Shown one piece after another: positions 29,380 to 39,329 of a stretch of 54,922 bases of DNA (position 1 is its first letter; each line of letters opens with the position of its first letter). Location of the stretch: NCBI GenBank assembly GCA_964640545.1, contig CAZXHL010000006.1:1-54922 (forward strand), in the 5' to 3' direction. The notes beneath the pieces are model-generated. The model ran no database searches, was not told where the DNA came from, and saw only the letters and a program-made list of their open reading frames with translations. A program made the position numbers and the translations under genes. Origin of the DNA: an uncultured Bacteriovorax sp. (lineage in GTDB: Bacteria; Bdellovibrionota; UBA2428).

Positions 29380-30525
29380 TTACTTGATCGTCGTGAAAGT
29401 CATCGGCTTGCCAGTGGCGGGATGATCCAAATACAAAGTATGGGCATGCAGAAGCATTCGTGTGAAGGTTTGCCCGCCATAAAGGTTGTCGCCCAAGATC
29501 GGAATTCCCAAAAAAGACAGATGAACTCTGATCTGGTGAGTCCTTCCCGTCTCCAATTGAACATCAAGCAGCGAGTAGTGAGAATCCTCTGCGAAATCTG
29601 ATTCCTTAAGCGAGAAGCACTTAAAAACTTCTGGTGCGAGTTTATGCAATTCGCTGACACGATTGTGATGCATGATCTTAAAATGAGTCAGGGCTTTTTT
29701 GCCAGTTAAAGGATCCACTGCAAATCGAAGCCGATTTTTGGGATCTCGCCCCAGAGGCGCTGCCAAGGAATGTTTTCCGTTCTTAAGAACTCGAAAGGCC
29801 AATTTAGAAGGGTGATCCTCTAGAGCAAGGCGAGCTTTACGGTGCAATGATGACTGCAAACTTTTGGCATTACCATCAACCCAAGCCCAATAATGTCTAC
29901 CAGCGAGCTTCTTCGCAAACTGAAGCGACAAAGCTTCATGTGATTTAGGATCTTTGGCAACGACCAAACAACCCGAGGTGCCTCTGTCGAGACGGTGGAC
30001 AATGCCAGGCCTCGCCTCTTCAAGGACCTGATCTCCCCAACTTAAATGCTCGTTATTGGGGGCGACGTAGTTGTTCTTAAGAAGCCAAGCGACCAAAGTT
30101 TCTTCCAGTGGAACTCCGGCCCCGGGATGGACCGTTAAACCAGCGGGCTTGTTGATGACCATGATGTGATCGTCTTCGAATAAAATCTCCGGAGATTTTG
30201 GGAAACGAAAGTCCAAATCTTTCTTTCCAATCATTGAGTTCATCTCAGATTTTGAAAGAGGTTCTTGCTTTTTAGTTGAGGAATCTTCTCCGACAAAATC
30301 ATCTACTTCTGGATTCAACTCCAGTCGCTGCCCCACCTCAAGACGAGCACTCGCTTTGGCAATGGAACCATTCAATAGAAAAAGATCTCTCGAAATGAGT
30401 TTGGACCACCGGCTACGAGAAATATCGGGGAAATGCTCGGATAGAAAAACGTCTAGGCGCTTGGTCACGAGACCTTGCTCAACTTCGACGCCTAATTGTA
30501 TGGGAAAGTGCTTTTTCAGGTCCAT
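29380..30525 (-). CDS. rluD: RluA/RluD family 23S rRNA pseudouridine synthase with S4 domain
   Basis: RLDVFL S4 domain, NKPAGLTVHPG, HRLDRGTSG, TGRTHQIRVH, LGDNLYG motifs. Confidence 0.9.
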   Translation of the reverse strand: MDLKKHFPIQLGVEVEQGLVTKRLDVFLSEHFPDISRSRWSKLISRDLFLLNGSIAKASARLEVGQRLELNPEVDDFVGEDSSTKKQEPLSKSEMNSMIGKKDLDFRFPKSPEILFEDDHIMVINKPAGLTVHPGAGVPLEETLVAWLLKNNYVAPNNEHLSWGDQVLEEARPGIVHRLDRGTSGCLVVAKDPKSHEALSLQFAKKLAGRHYWAWVDGNAKSLQSSLHRKARLALEDHPSKLAFRVLKNGKHSLAAPLGRDPKNRLRFAVDPLTGKKALTHFKIMHHNRVSELHKLAPEVFKCFSLKESDFAEDSHYSLLDVQLETGRTHQIRVHLSFLGIPILGDNLYGGQTFTRMLLHAHTLYLDHPATGKPMTFTTIK

Positions 30526-31322
30526 TAAAAGGAAGGCTTAGGTAACTTGTCTTCCTCTTTCAAGCGATTAACGAAGCGCTTAGCCAATTCCTCGGGATTG
30601 GGGATCTTTAAGACGCTGCAAACGATCGCTACATGTCCTCGTATATACACCGGTAAGGGGTCGTCCCTGAGATCTTCTTCTTCTATGGATCGGATCCTAG
30701 ATGCTGCCAATTTAGAACAACTAGCAAGCTGCTCCACCGAAATCTGCCTATATACCCTAACAGCCCTCAGAAAGGCCCCATCAATGGACTCACAATTTCT
30801 GATCTTTTCTTCAAACTCTGGATTAGCCTCGAAGTGCATTTCGTCATCATCAGCCCCCGAGGAGCTAACAACTTTCATCGCAGGTGCCTCGTTGACCTTT
30901 GAAGGCTTGGTGATCGTCTTAGGTGCGCTGGTGCCTCCAGAGAAATCAATTTCATCAAAGGGATTGTCGGATCCCTCATCAGACGTCCCAGATGAGGTGA
31001 TGCTTGGTTTGCTGAATTCCTCACGAAAGGCTTCTCTAGCTTCATCTTTGTCATTCCAAGTGTTGAAACCCATCTTGATATCATATTCACGGCGACGAGA
31101 AGGGTGCCCTAAAACTTCATAAGCATCTTCGATTTCTTTCATGATCTGATCATTGTTGTCCTCTTCAATCAAAGAATAGGCAGCCAACGAATCCTGTGTA
31201 TAGGTGATTTTAGCCCGCTTATAAGCGTGATGAATTTCGTTTTGACTAGCCCCGGGGACAATATCGAGAGCGAGATAATAATTTACGCGAGATCCTGTAG
31301 CAGTTTGTGTGTCTTTGCTCAT
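30525..31322 (-). CDS. J-domain-like plus RodZ-type HTH fusion protein
   Basis: NYY.ALDI..AS..EI..AYKR...IEDAYEVLG..RRREYD without HPD; C-terminal GAFLR..R...IEE...VYIRG. Confidence 0.75.
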   Translation of the reverse strand: MSKDTQTATGSRVNYYLALDIVPGASQNEIHHAYKRAKITYTQDSLAAYSLIEEDNNDQIMKEIEDAYEVLGHPSRRREYDIKMGFNTWNDKDEAREAFREEFSKPSITSSGTSDEGSDNPFDEIDFSGGTSAPKTITKPSKVNEAPAMKVVSSSGADDDEMHFEANPEFEEKIRNCESIDGAFLRAVRVYRQISVEQLASCSKLAASRIRSIEEEDLRDDPLPVYIRGHVAIVCSVLKIPNPEELAKRFVNRLKEEDKLPKPSF

Positions 31323-32416
31323 GGGAACAGACCTTTCATTTCACCAACTAGGGTCCGAGTAATACGGTCGAAGCGGCTTGTTAAAATTGAAGTTGGGAAT
31401 TCGTGCACAACCGAATTTTTGGAACGCACAGCTCTCCAAACGGAATTGTCATACTCCAAGTAACCGACGTAGTTGAGGGACAGGCCGAAGTATCGCCGAC
31501 ACACACTACAAATCGCCTTACCGACATCGATGTCGGCTTGTGACCTTACTTGGTTCACAATAATGTTGGGGTGGTAATCTTCAACAACTTTCTGAAGGAC
31601 ACTTAGCGCTACGGGATCAAGTCTCTCAACGACAGCCATCAGGTCAGCCGGAGTTCTAATCCCTAAAAAGTTTTTCTGATCGAAAGAAGCCTCGATCACG
31701 TCTTTGATACTTTCAGAAACGTCTGCCTGAGAAAGTTTCGATAGAAAAATAGTGCGAATAAATCGGTAAGCATTTTCTACACTGGTAGGCTCCGGCAAGA
31801 TCGACAACACACCTTCATCAGCTCCAAGGAAAAACTCTACAGTCGACTCTTGAGTTCCAGCACCTAAGTCAATAACGATGTCATCATAGGGTAATTTTCG
31901 AAGATCGCGAAGAAGATCGGTTTCTTTGGACTCCGTTCTGCGAATCACGTTGATAGGATCCGCTGATCCCGTGATCAAATGAAGATTCTTTTCTCGAGTG
32001 TGCATGCAGAGCTGCCTAAGGTCCGTAACCCTTGAACTCATATAATCACCAATGCTATTTTTTCCAGCATCAACACCAAGACAAGTGTGAAGGTTAGAAC
32101 CTCCAAGGTCCAAATCAACGGCGAGGACTTTGTGTCCCATTCGAGATAACATTATTGAAAAATTGGCGCATATGAGACTCTTGCCCACACCACCTTTTCC
32201 ACCTGCAATCGCCCAAACTTTTGGCTGTTTCTGAAGATTCACCTCGGGGACAAAGGCTTCAGAAGTACCGCTACGTAGAGAGCTGCCGCCCTCCACAGGC
32301 TCAGTAGAAACCATAGGCTCTGCAGAGTTGGACTCATCATCTTCCCAACTGGATTCAGCCAATTGCGACTCAACTAAATTGCTGTGCTCTTTCAAGCTGC
32401 TTTCCTCTCGATCCAA
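31319..32416 (-). CDS. MinD/FlhG(FleN)-like ATPase
   Basis: Deviant Walker A GGKGGVGKS, VDLDLGGSNLHT, IDLGAGT, PEPTSVENAY. Confidence 0.85.
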   Translation of the reverse strand: MDREESSLKEHSNLVESQLAESSWEDDESNSAEPMVSTEPVEGGSSLRSGTSEAFVPEVNLQKQPKVWAIAGGKGGVGKSLICANFSIMLSRMGHKVLAVDLDLGGSNLHTCLGVDAGKNSIGDYMSSRVTDLRQLCMHTREKNLHLITGSADPINVIRRTESKETDLLRDLRKLPYDDIVIDLGAGTQESTVEFFLGADEGVLSILPEPTSVENAYRFIRTIFLSKLSQADVSESIKDVIEASFDQKNFLGIRTPADLMAVVERLDPVALSVLQKVVEDYHPNIIVNQVRSQADIDVGKAICSVCRRYFGLSLNYVGYLEYDNSVWRAVRSKNSVVHEFPTSILTSRFDRITRTLVGEMKGLFP

Positions 32417-32507
32417 GTCAATGCCCCCCTATCCAAAATTCTCACACTACTATGCGCCGAACGCAAGTTTTCGCAAAAAAATCAATGAGCTACTCAAAGG
32501 GTGTCGA

Positions 32508-33545
32508 TTATCGGAGAAAGTCTAGAAGAGACGGCGTCAGGAGTTTTTTGTTACTGTCCAGGGTTGCTGAGAGCAGTGATTCGTTCCTCGCGAGTTCAGA
32601 ATAGACTTGCTCTAAGTCAGCGTCTTCCACGTTGGAAAGTAGTGTTTTGTTCGTAACCTGCTGTGACTCGACCAAATCACGGTTGGAAATCACAGAATTC
32701 TGCAAAGCACCTATGGTCGCACGAGATGCCGATACTTGGCTCATAGCTTGATCTAAACTCTCAAGAGATTCATTGATAAGATCCGTTCTACCGGTCGCCA
32801 GCCCCTCAGAAAAGGTTTTGAGAACGGCGAAGACATTCACACCTGTGTTGGACTGAATACTGGCGAAAGCTTCCGGATTTTCCCCTGGATCCACACCTTG
32901 ATTATGCGCAACGATCGAGGCCGGATCTCTAAATTCTGGCCCTACAGTTGGCCCACGGTCCGAACCTAATTCTCTGTTTTTATTTGGTATTTCTTCAACA
33001 CCAAGAAAGGGCGCCAAGCCCGGCATATTAAACTGAACACGTTGACCAGGCTGAACTTCGATCTCGATAGCTCCAGTATCACCGTAATAGTTCCCGTCAA
33101 CATCAAACGGCGGATGATCGGTTTGGTAGCCTGCAAAGACGTAATGCTCTCCAATTCTTGCGTTAGCAAGCTGAACAGCTTGAAAAAATAGCTCGTCTAC
33201 TTCGGATTTTACGGCTTGCATAGCCTCTGGAGCCTGGTTCGTCCCAGAACTCATCTGAATGGCGAGCTCCTTGGCCCTGGAAAGAACTGATGTCATTTCA
33301 CCAAGTGAGCTGTCCGTCACGCTTAAATAGCTATTGGCGAGCTCCATATTTTTCAGAGCCTGTTCGTTTCTGTTGACCTTATGTTTTAAACCGATCGACC
33401 GAATCATCCCTTGAGGGTCGTCTGATGGGCGGTTGATGCGCTTGCCCGAAATGGCTTGTTCTTGGTTCTTTAAAAGCGTGTTACGGGTGCGGTGCATCGC
33501 CCGGTCTGCTTTTTCATAAAGTAGGCCTTCTGTGACTCTTGCCAT
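32508..33545 (-). CDS. flgL: Flagellar hook-associated protein 3
   Basis: SGKRINRPSDDP, YVFAGY.TD.PPF, C-terminal SLLDFLR. Confidence 0.92.
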   Translation of the reverse strand: MARVTEGLLYEKADRAMHRTRNTLLKNQEQAISGKRINRPSDDPQGMIRSIGLKHKVNRNEQALKNMELANSYLSVTDSSLGEMTSVLSRAKELAIQMSSGTNQAPEAMQAVKSEVDELFFQAVQLANARIGEHYVFAGYQTDHPPFDVDGNYYGDTGAIEIEVQPGQRVQFNMPGLAPFLGVEEIPNKNRELGSDRGPTVGPEFRDPASIVAHNQGVDPGENPEAFASIQSNTGVNVFAVLKTFSEGLATGRTDLINESLESLDQAMSQVSASRATIGALQNSVISNRDLVESQQVTNKTLLSNVEDADLEQVYSELARNESLLSATLDSNKKLLTPSLLDFLR

Positions 33546-33548
33546 CTT

Positions 33549-34970
33549 TTAGAACCTCTTCAAGCTAAGCACGGTCTCCATCATGGAGTCTGCTACTTGG
33601 ATCAATTTTGCGTTAGCATTGAATGCTTTTTGGAACTTCAACATGTCAACGGCTTCTTCATCGAGAGAAACTCCAGACGTTTCTTCTCGCAAAGTCTCAA
33701 GTTGATTCATAACTCCTATTTGAGTTTCCATAGAATCCATCACGGATCGAGACTCAACGCCAACGTTTCCAATCATACTTGTGAGGTAGTCGGTAAAATT
33801 CGCCTCGCCATTCTCGAAGATTTTTTGATCTTCAAGATCAGCCATCGCCATCAAGGTTCGGTTGTCACCTTTGGCGCCCCGCGCCTCTCCGGCAGAAATT
33901 TTTGTTAAGTCATTCTTAACAGCGTCCGATACCTTGATAAGAGAGGCTGCATCTTTCACTCCACCTTCAAGTGAAAAAAATTCGTTTCCTGTTTGACCGT
34001 CGAGGCTGTAACCCTGCTGGTGCAAGCTATTTAAAGACTTCGCAAACCCAAAGGCCAAGGTATCCATTCTTTCTTTGACCATAGGCATGACCTTGTCTCT
34101 AGATTCAATAAGTCCACCAATGGCGCCATTGTTAAGGTGCCTTGTCACATCTTTACCCAAAGACCCATCCGCCTCTTTGGTGCGAATTCTTACTGTCGAA
34201 TCCAGAACGTCATCAGCCTCTCTTACGGTGGCCAATTCATAGTTGCTAGATACGTCGACCAAGAGCCCAACGCGCTTCGAGGAAACGGCAATTCCCCCAT
34301 TTTCAAGGTCTGTTACATCAACAGGAATAAGTGCTGACAATTCCTTAACAGCCACATCACGACGGTCACGTTCATCATTGGCGAATGAGCCCTTGTTGAC
34401 TTCAATATCGACGATCCTCTGGTTAAGTCCCGCGATCTTATTCGTTAACGAGTTCACCTCGGCTACAGATGATTCAATTCTACGATCAAAGTCATCTTTC
34501 ATACCTTTTAAATTGTTAGATATGTTCTGGAAGCGACTCACAACTGACTCGGCACTTTCACGAACCGCAGAACGCAAAGGGATTGACGAGGGCTCAGTCG
34601 CGAGAGATCTGAGATCATTAAAAAATTGCGACATACGTGTCGAAACACCCGACTCGGATTCAGAACCAAGGTCGGCCTCAAGCTGAACATAAGTTTCATT
34701 AAGAGCTGAGAATTTTCCCAAGTCTGAACTTTCTTCTTCAAGTCGCTTATTGACGAAATGGTTGGTCGACCTAGAAACTTTTCCGACTAGGACACCTGTC
34801 CCCAGACGGTGACTACCGTTTGTCACAGGTTCGTTCGATTCAAAATCTACTCGTTGGCGGGAATAGCCCTTGGTGTTGGCATTAGCAATGTTGTGCGAAG
34901 ACGTAGCAAGACCCAACTGGTTTGCCGCCATAGCACCCTTCCCCTGAGAGAGAACGCGATTGATACTCAT
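33549..34970 (-). CDS. flgK: Flagellar hook-associated protein 1
   Basis: HNIANANTKGYSRQRV, SGVSLDEE..M..FQ motifs. Confidence 0.95.
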   Translation of the reverse strand: MSINRVLSQGKGAMAANQLGLATSSHNIANANTKGYSRQRVDFESNEPVTNGSHRLGTGVLVGKVSRSTNHFVNKRLEEESSDLGKFSALNETYVQLEADLGSESESGVSTRMSQFFNDLRSLATEPSSIPLRSAVRESAESVVSRFQNISNNLKGMKDDFDRRIESSVAEVNSLTNKIAGLNQRIVDIEVNKGSFANDERDRRDVAVKELSALIPVDVTDLENGGIAVSSKRVGLLVDVSSNYELATVREADDVLDSTVRIRTKEADGSLGKDVTRHLNNGAIGGLIESRDKVMPMVKERMDTLAFGFAKSLNSLHQQGYSLDGQTGNEFFSLEGGVKDAASLIKVSDAVKNDLTKISAGEARGAKGDNRTLMAMADLEDQKIFENGEANFTDYLTSMIGNVGVESRSVMDSMETQIGVMNQLETLREETSGVSLDEEAVDMLKFQKAFNANAKLIQVADSMMETVLSLKRF

Positions 34971-34992
34971 AAATCTCCCCTCCCCCCGGAAG

Positions 34993-35574
34993 CTACACCT
35001 GACCGGAAACTAGTCTTCCAGACTGGCCTTGTTGCTTTGTTACTTTTGCATTCTTTCCATAAGTTGTGTTTTTCGACGGGGAAGTCTCCGACTTCTCCCG
35101 ACCCGTTTCGATCGAGTCCGTAATCGCCTGAGCCAGCCCCCTAAGATTGCTCACGCTCTTCTCTATAAAACGTTCGTTCTGCTTAACACTTAGCTTTGTT
35201 TTTTCGATTAACGATTGAATTTTTTCGCGAATCACGAGCATACGTCGACCCAACTCGCGGTCGCCCTCGCCACCTTCAAGCAAAGTATCGGCGAAATATT
35301 TAAGAGTCACGCCAGCGGAAGGCACTTCATTAATCATCGCATAGTAGTCTTGGATTTTGAGGCGCTCTTTATCGAGCTTGCGAATCGTGGAGAGAATCTC
35401 GTCCTTTTCACGCATCTCTTGATAAAGTCTTTCAAAATTCATCTCAATGAGAGACTTTCGTTCCAAATCAAGAATCGGCAATGCACGCGCATACAAAGAA
35501 TGCATCTGCTCCAAGATCACGCAGAGCCTTTGCATTAAATTCGGCATCTCTCCTTGATTAAAACTCATCTTCAT
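34993..35574 (-). CDS. flgN: FlgN flagellar export chaperone
   Basis: Helical protein between flgM and flgK; C-terminal TYG..A pattern. Confidence 0.7.
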   Translation of the reverse strand: MKMSFNQGEMPNLMQRLCVILEQMHSLYARALPILDLERKSLIEMNFERLYQEMREKDEILSTIRKLDKERLKIQDYYAMINEVPSAGVTLKYFADTLLEGGEGDRELGRRMLVIREKIQSLIEKTKLSVKQNERFIEKSVSNLRGLAQAITDSIETGREKSETSPSKNTTYGKNAKVTKQQGQSGRLVSGQV

Positions 35575-35609
35575 TATCCCCTAAATAAACTGAAACGTAA
35601 CATTCTCGC

Positions 35610-35948
35610 TTAGCCGCGAGTCAAAATATCATCCTCGAGAGAAGTGGCGATCATCTTGTCAGCCAACGCTTTTGAATCCACCTTATAAGAGCCATCTGCA
35701 ATCGCAGCTTTTAAAGCCGCAACTCTATCAGCGCGAACACCACTACTTGCCTTAGCATTGCTGAGAACTTCATTGGCCAACTTTGCTTGAGACGACCACT
35801 GAACTTTTGCAGAGTCAGATGTGCGTGCACTTTCGCCGACGTTCTGAGAGTCACGTTTTTCAACCTGAGTTTTTTTGTTGTTAGCTTGCTGAGCTTCATT
35901 CGCTCGGTCTTGCTGAATTCTATCTGTTCCTAATTTTGAAATATCCAT
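35610..35948 (-). CDS. flgM: Anti-sigma28 factor FlgM
   Basis: RADRVAALKAAIADGSYKVDSKALADKM. Confidence 0.92.
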   Translation of the reverse strand: MDISKLGTDRIQQDRANEAQQANNKKTQVEKRDSQNVGESARTSDSAKVQWSSQAKLANEVLSNAKASSGVRADRVAALKAAIADGSYKVDSKALADKMIATSLEDDILTRG

Positions 35949-35980
35949 AAAGCCCTCCTGGCTTTCACCGTTTGCCCCAA

Positions 35981-36430
35981 CTACTTATTATAGTTTACAC
36001 GAGGCTGCGTGCGAACTCCACCCTTTCCTTCAAGCTGCTGTACCACTAAATCTGACACCCCAAATGGGCGGCGTTTTGCCACATTTTCCATAACCAGTTG
36101 ATCATGCATTGATTGAAAGATCTTTTCTCCGTTAGAAGGTGCAAAGGGGCTATCTGGATCCACCCACATCCCTTGCGAACTCTTAAGCTGGCCGTAGAAA
36201 TGATTCACCATCATGCTCTCATAAGCGTCACCTACTTGACGGTATTGCTCAGCCATCGACGGTTGTTCCTCAAAAGGTCTTTCTGCCTGTGTGGAGACGG
36301 TCATCTGATTGGCCTGGGCCCAAGATGGGTTCATTCCCGCAAGCAGAAAAAGCGCTATAGAAAAAAATTGGATTATAAAAAATTGGTCATTAAAAAATTG
36401 GATTGAGGAGCTCCCGGTTGCGTGACGCAT
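35981..36430 (-). CDS. flgJ: FlgJ-like rod-binding protein without muramidase domain (start uncertain)
   Basis: YESMMV...EKIFQSMHDQ...GVSDLVVQQL rod-binding pattern; between flgI and flgM. Confidence 0.7.
   Translation of the reverse strand: MRHATGSSSIQFFNDQFFIIQFFSIALFLLAGMNPSWAQANQMTVSTQAERPFEEQPSMAEQYRQVGDAYESMMVNHFYGQLKSSQGMWVDPDSPFAPSNGEKIFQSMHDQLVMENVAKRRPFGVSDLVVQQLEGKGGVRTQPRVNYNK
36362..36406. repeat. 15-bp tandem repeat, three copies
   Basis: AAAAAATTGGATTAT / AAAAAATTGGTCATT / AAAAAATTGGATTGA. Confidence 0.7.
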
Positions 36431-36570
36431 CCTGCATTCACGGTCCGTTCGCTTCGGTTTTCCCTGGGAGGAATTCAAAACTTTTTGATCGAGTCCAGAA
36501 ACTCCCCAATCCCTTCGCTTCAACGCACATCCTATGCGTATAGGCCAAATTAATCCGCGGGCTCTACTCA

Positions 36571-37743
36571 TCACAACACTTCCAACTCAGCTTGCAGCGC
36601 GCCCTGCGCTTTTAATGCCTGCAGTATCGAGATCAAGTCTCTAGGAGAAACCCCTAAAGCATTGAGCCCTTTTACGACATCCCCAAGGGTTGCTCCCGTA
36701 GGCACAGTAATTAGTTTATCACCGGACTCACCAAACTGGACTGTAGTTTCTTTGACAGTCTCGGTGATTTCACCGCCAGTAATTTGATCCCCATTCGGCT
36801 TGGTGATCGTAGTGGTGTTGTCTGGAGTTGTGGTCGTCGTTTCTTTGGTTTGAATTTCGAGAGTGAGGTTTCCATGAGCAATTGCGACGGTATTTATCCT
36901 TACAGAATCGCCCATAACGACAGTTCCCGTTCTTTCATTAATGACTACTTTGGCTGCATTGTCTGATTCGATAGGCAATCTTTCAATCAAGGCTAGAACC
37001 TCAACAACTCCACCATCAAAATCATAAGGAACCATCACATCAATTGTTGAGGAATCTCTCGATCGAGCAAAGATTCCCCCCAGTTCACGATTGATGGTCT
37101 TTGCGACTCGAGCTGCTGTCGTGAAATCTGGATTATGCAGAGCTAGGCGGAAAGCATTGCGGTTTGAAAAGTCGAGTTTCACCTCTTTTTCAACCAGAGC
37201 TCCATTGGCAATGATGCCTGCGGTGGGATGGTTCTTAGAACTGGAAGCTCCGCCGCCCGACCCCGCAAAACCACCGACCAACATAGGCCCCTGGGCCACA
37301 GCATAAACAGCTTTGTCACCACCGCGCAGTGGAGTCATCAGCAAGGTTCCACCCTGAAGCGACTTCGCATCTCCTATGCTCGCCACACTGACGTCGATCT
37401 CCTGCCCGACTCTCGCAAATGGCGGAAGCTTTGCCGTAACAACGACCGCCGCTACGTTTTTGGATTCAATCTGAGCCTGAGTCACGGTGACACCCATTTG
37501 CTTGAGCATCTGAGACATGGATAGCCCGGTAAACTCTTTACTGGAGTCTCCTGTACCCTGCAGACCTACGACGAGGCCGTATCCAATGAGTTGGTTTTCT
37601 CTCACGCCTTTAATGCTCACAATATCTTTAAGCCTTGAAGCATACGTGCTCTCCACTAACACGACTGAAAGAATGATCGCACATACAATGAGAAAAACTT
37701 CTCTATAGCGGTTTAGCCTTTGTTGATGATTCAAGATGCTCAT
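36571..37743 (-). CDS. flgI: Flagellar P-ring protein
   Basis: RLKDI...GVRENQLIGYGLVVGL.GTGD, KVVINERTGT, ILQALKAQGALQAEL. Confidence 0.97.
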   Translation of the reverse strand: MSILNHQQRLNRYREVFLIVCAIILSVVLVESTYASRLKDIVSIKGVRENQLIGYGLVVGLQGTGDSSKEFTGLSMSQMLKQMGVTVTQAQIESKNVAAVVVTAKLPPFARVGQEIDVSVASIGDAKSLQGGTLLMTPLRGGDKAVYAVAQGPMLVGGFAGSGGGASSSKNHPTAGIIANGALVEKEVKLDFSNRNAFRLALHNPDFTTAARVAKTINRELGGIFARSRDSSTIDVMVPYDFDGGVVEVLALIERLPIESDNAAKVVINERTGTVVMGDSVRINTVAIAHGNLTLEIQTKETTTTTPDNTTTITKPNGDQITGGEITETVKETTVQFGESGDKLITVPTGATLGDVVKGLNALGVSPRDLISILQALKAQGALQAELEVL

Positions 37744-38561
37744 TTGGTCAACTCCACTTTGGATTCTAGAACTAAGGTTGAAGAAATCTGACCATCTGGA
37801 GAAACATCTTCGTGGCGGATTCTTCCTGTCATAGCAATTCGGTAGGGGGCATTTCGAATAAAGACTCTACGATCTCCAGCAATTTTGAAAATTCTCTGAT
37901 CCAAAGACTCCACAACTCGCACTGGAATCTTGTCGAGATTCACATATTCTTCTTTAAGGTCGATAGCTGACTCAACCGACTGACCAAGATCTCTCCCGAT
38001 CGCCTCCCCCACACGTTTGTTGCCAATTGCTGTTCCGAGTTTGTCACCAACGGCACTCGCCACTTCTTTTTCAGCTTCTTCAGCTGCGATCTTACGTACA
38101 CTTTTCCCATTTTGGCCCAGCAATGCAGCTATCTTCGCGTTTAAAGTATCGTTCACATCGCGCTCAACTGTAACATAAAGAATGTCACCAACTTTGAAGT
38201 TGGTGTTTACTGTAAAGTAGAAGTTGTCCTGACTATCAGGATTCCACAGCGATCCTTCGTTCTCAGGGCCTGTCCCATACCACGGATCTTTTCCATTGCG
38301 ATAGTTTGAAGTCACCCCAAACTCATTTCGACCTAGGTCACTTCCGATGGGCTGAGACGTTATGTTTCCATCAAACTCTGTGTTTGTGATTACGACTGAA
38401 CCTTTTTTACTAGATGCTGGAGAACGTCCACCGCCCTCATCCTCGAGTTCAGCCTGGGATTCTCCCATGGCCATTCTTTTCAAATCAGACAAAGACGAGC
38501 AAGAATTCAGCATCAGCACCAAAGCCAAAAAGGCTAAAATATTTCCGGAAAGCTTTTTCAT
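37740..38561 (-). CDS. flgH: Flagellar L-ring protein, divergent
   Basis: Lipobox LNSC, GSLW, KVGDILYV, GRIR.EDV..G.ISS; position between flgA and flgI. Confidence 0.8.
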   Translation of the reverse strand: MKKLSGNILAFLALVLMLNSCSSLSDLKRMAMGESQAELEDEGGGRSPASSKKGSVVITNTEFDGNITSQPIGSDLGRNEFGVTSNYRNGKDPWYGTGPENEGSLWNPDSQDNFYFTVNTNFKVGDILYVTVERDVNDTLNAKIAALLGQNGKSVRKIAAEEAEKEVASAVGDKLGTAIGNKRVGEAIGRDLGQSVESAIDLKEEYVNLDKIPVRVVESLDQRIFKIAGDRRVFIRNAPYRIAMTGRIRHEDVSPDGQISSTLVLESKVELTK

Positions 38562-39329
38562 TTAGAGTTGAACCTCCACTTTATTCGGACCAGTGATCAA
38601 CCCTCGAACAATTTTTTTAGTTTCAAGTTGCTCCACGCGAATCACCTCACCAATACTTCCGGCCTGTTTCGCCAAAGCTCTGGACCGAATAATCACTCCA
38701 GGACCAGACTGGACCGTCAGCACAACAGCCGAGCCGATCTTAACAGCGGAAGGCCCACGAAGAAGTTCTGGATAGAGAATTGATCCGCGGCTTACGGTTC
38801 GTTTTAATGCGCGGCCATTGAGGTCACTTTGTGAAGTTAAAAAAGCATTCGAGGGCAGTCTCGACCAAGGCATCGTGGTGAGCCTCATGGAATCTGCAGA
38901 GATCACTTGGTCACGGTTCAAAGTAGAGGCCGCAACCCAAACAGGACCTGTGACCTTTACCAATCCAGATAGAGTCACTTCTTCGATGGATTGCTGGTTG
39001 ATTCGAATGCTAGCAGGAACACTAATCAATCCATCGATTCTGGAAGAACCGTGAGTGCCCAGAGCAAAGATCTCCAGAAGCTCAATCTTATCACTGGCCT
39101 CAACCGGCGGCATGATCAAAAGATTACTTACCGTCACTTCAAAAAGGGAGGAATCGAGATCCATTTTTGAACTCATCTGACCGACCAAAAGATCTGCAAA
39201 TGAATGTTCAAGACTTTTAACTTTCATTGGAACACTGGAAGCAGAAGACGCAAGCGTAGACACGCTCCAAAAACAACTCAATAAGATCCACACCATTTTC
39301 ACGTTAGCTACCCTCTTCCCCATCTTCAT
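38562..39329 (-). CDS. flgA: P-ring formation chaperone
   Basis: Signal peptide, SAF domain, A.AKQAG.IGEVIRV; position in operon. Confidence 0.85.
   Translation of the reverse strand: MKMGKRVANVKMVWILLSCFWSVSTLASSASSVPMKVKSLEHSFADLLVGQMSSKMDLDSSLFEVTVSNLLIMPPVEASDKIELLEIFALGTHGSSRIDGLISVPASIRINQQSIEEVTLSGLVKVTGPVWVAASTLNRDQVISADSMRLTTMPWSRLPSNAFLTSQSDLNGRALKRTVSRGSILYPELLRGPSAVKIGSAVVLTVQSGPGVIIRSRALAKQAGSIGEVIRVEQLETKKIVRGLITGPNKVEVQL

Noticed and set aside
30547-31122. Long antisense or alternate-frame ORFs (e.g. 30547-31122, 3615-4064, 23767-24223, 34243-34686)
   Set aside because: They are shadows of well-supported genes on the opposite strand, with no recognisable motifs or translation signals.
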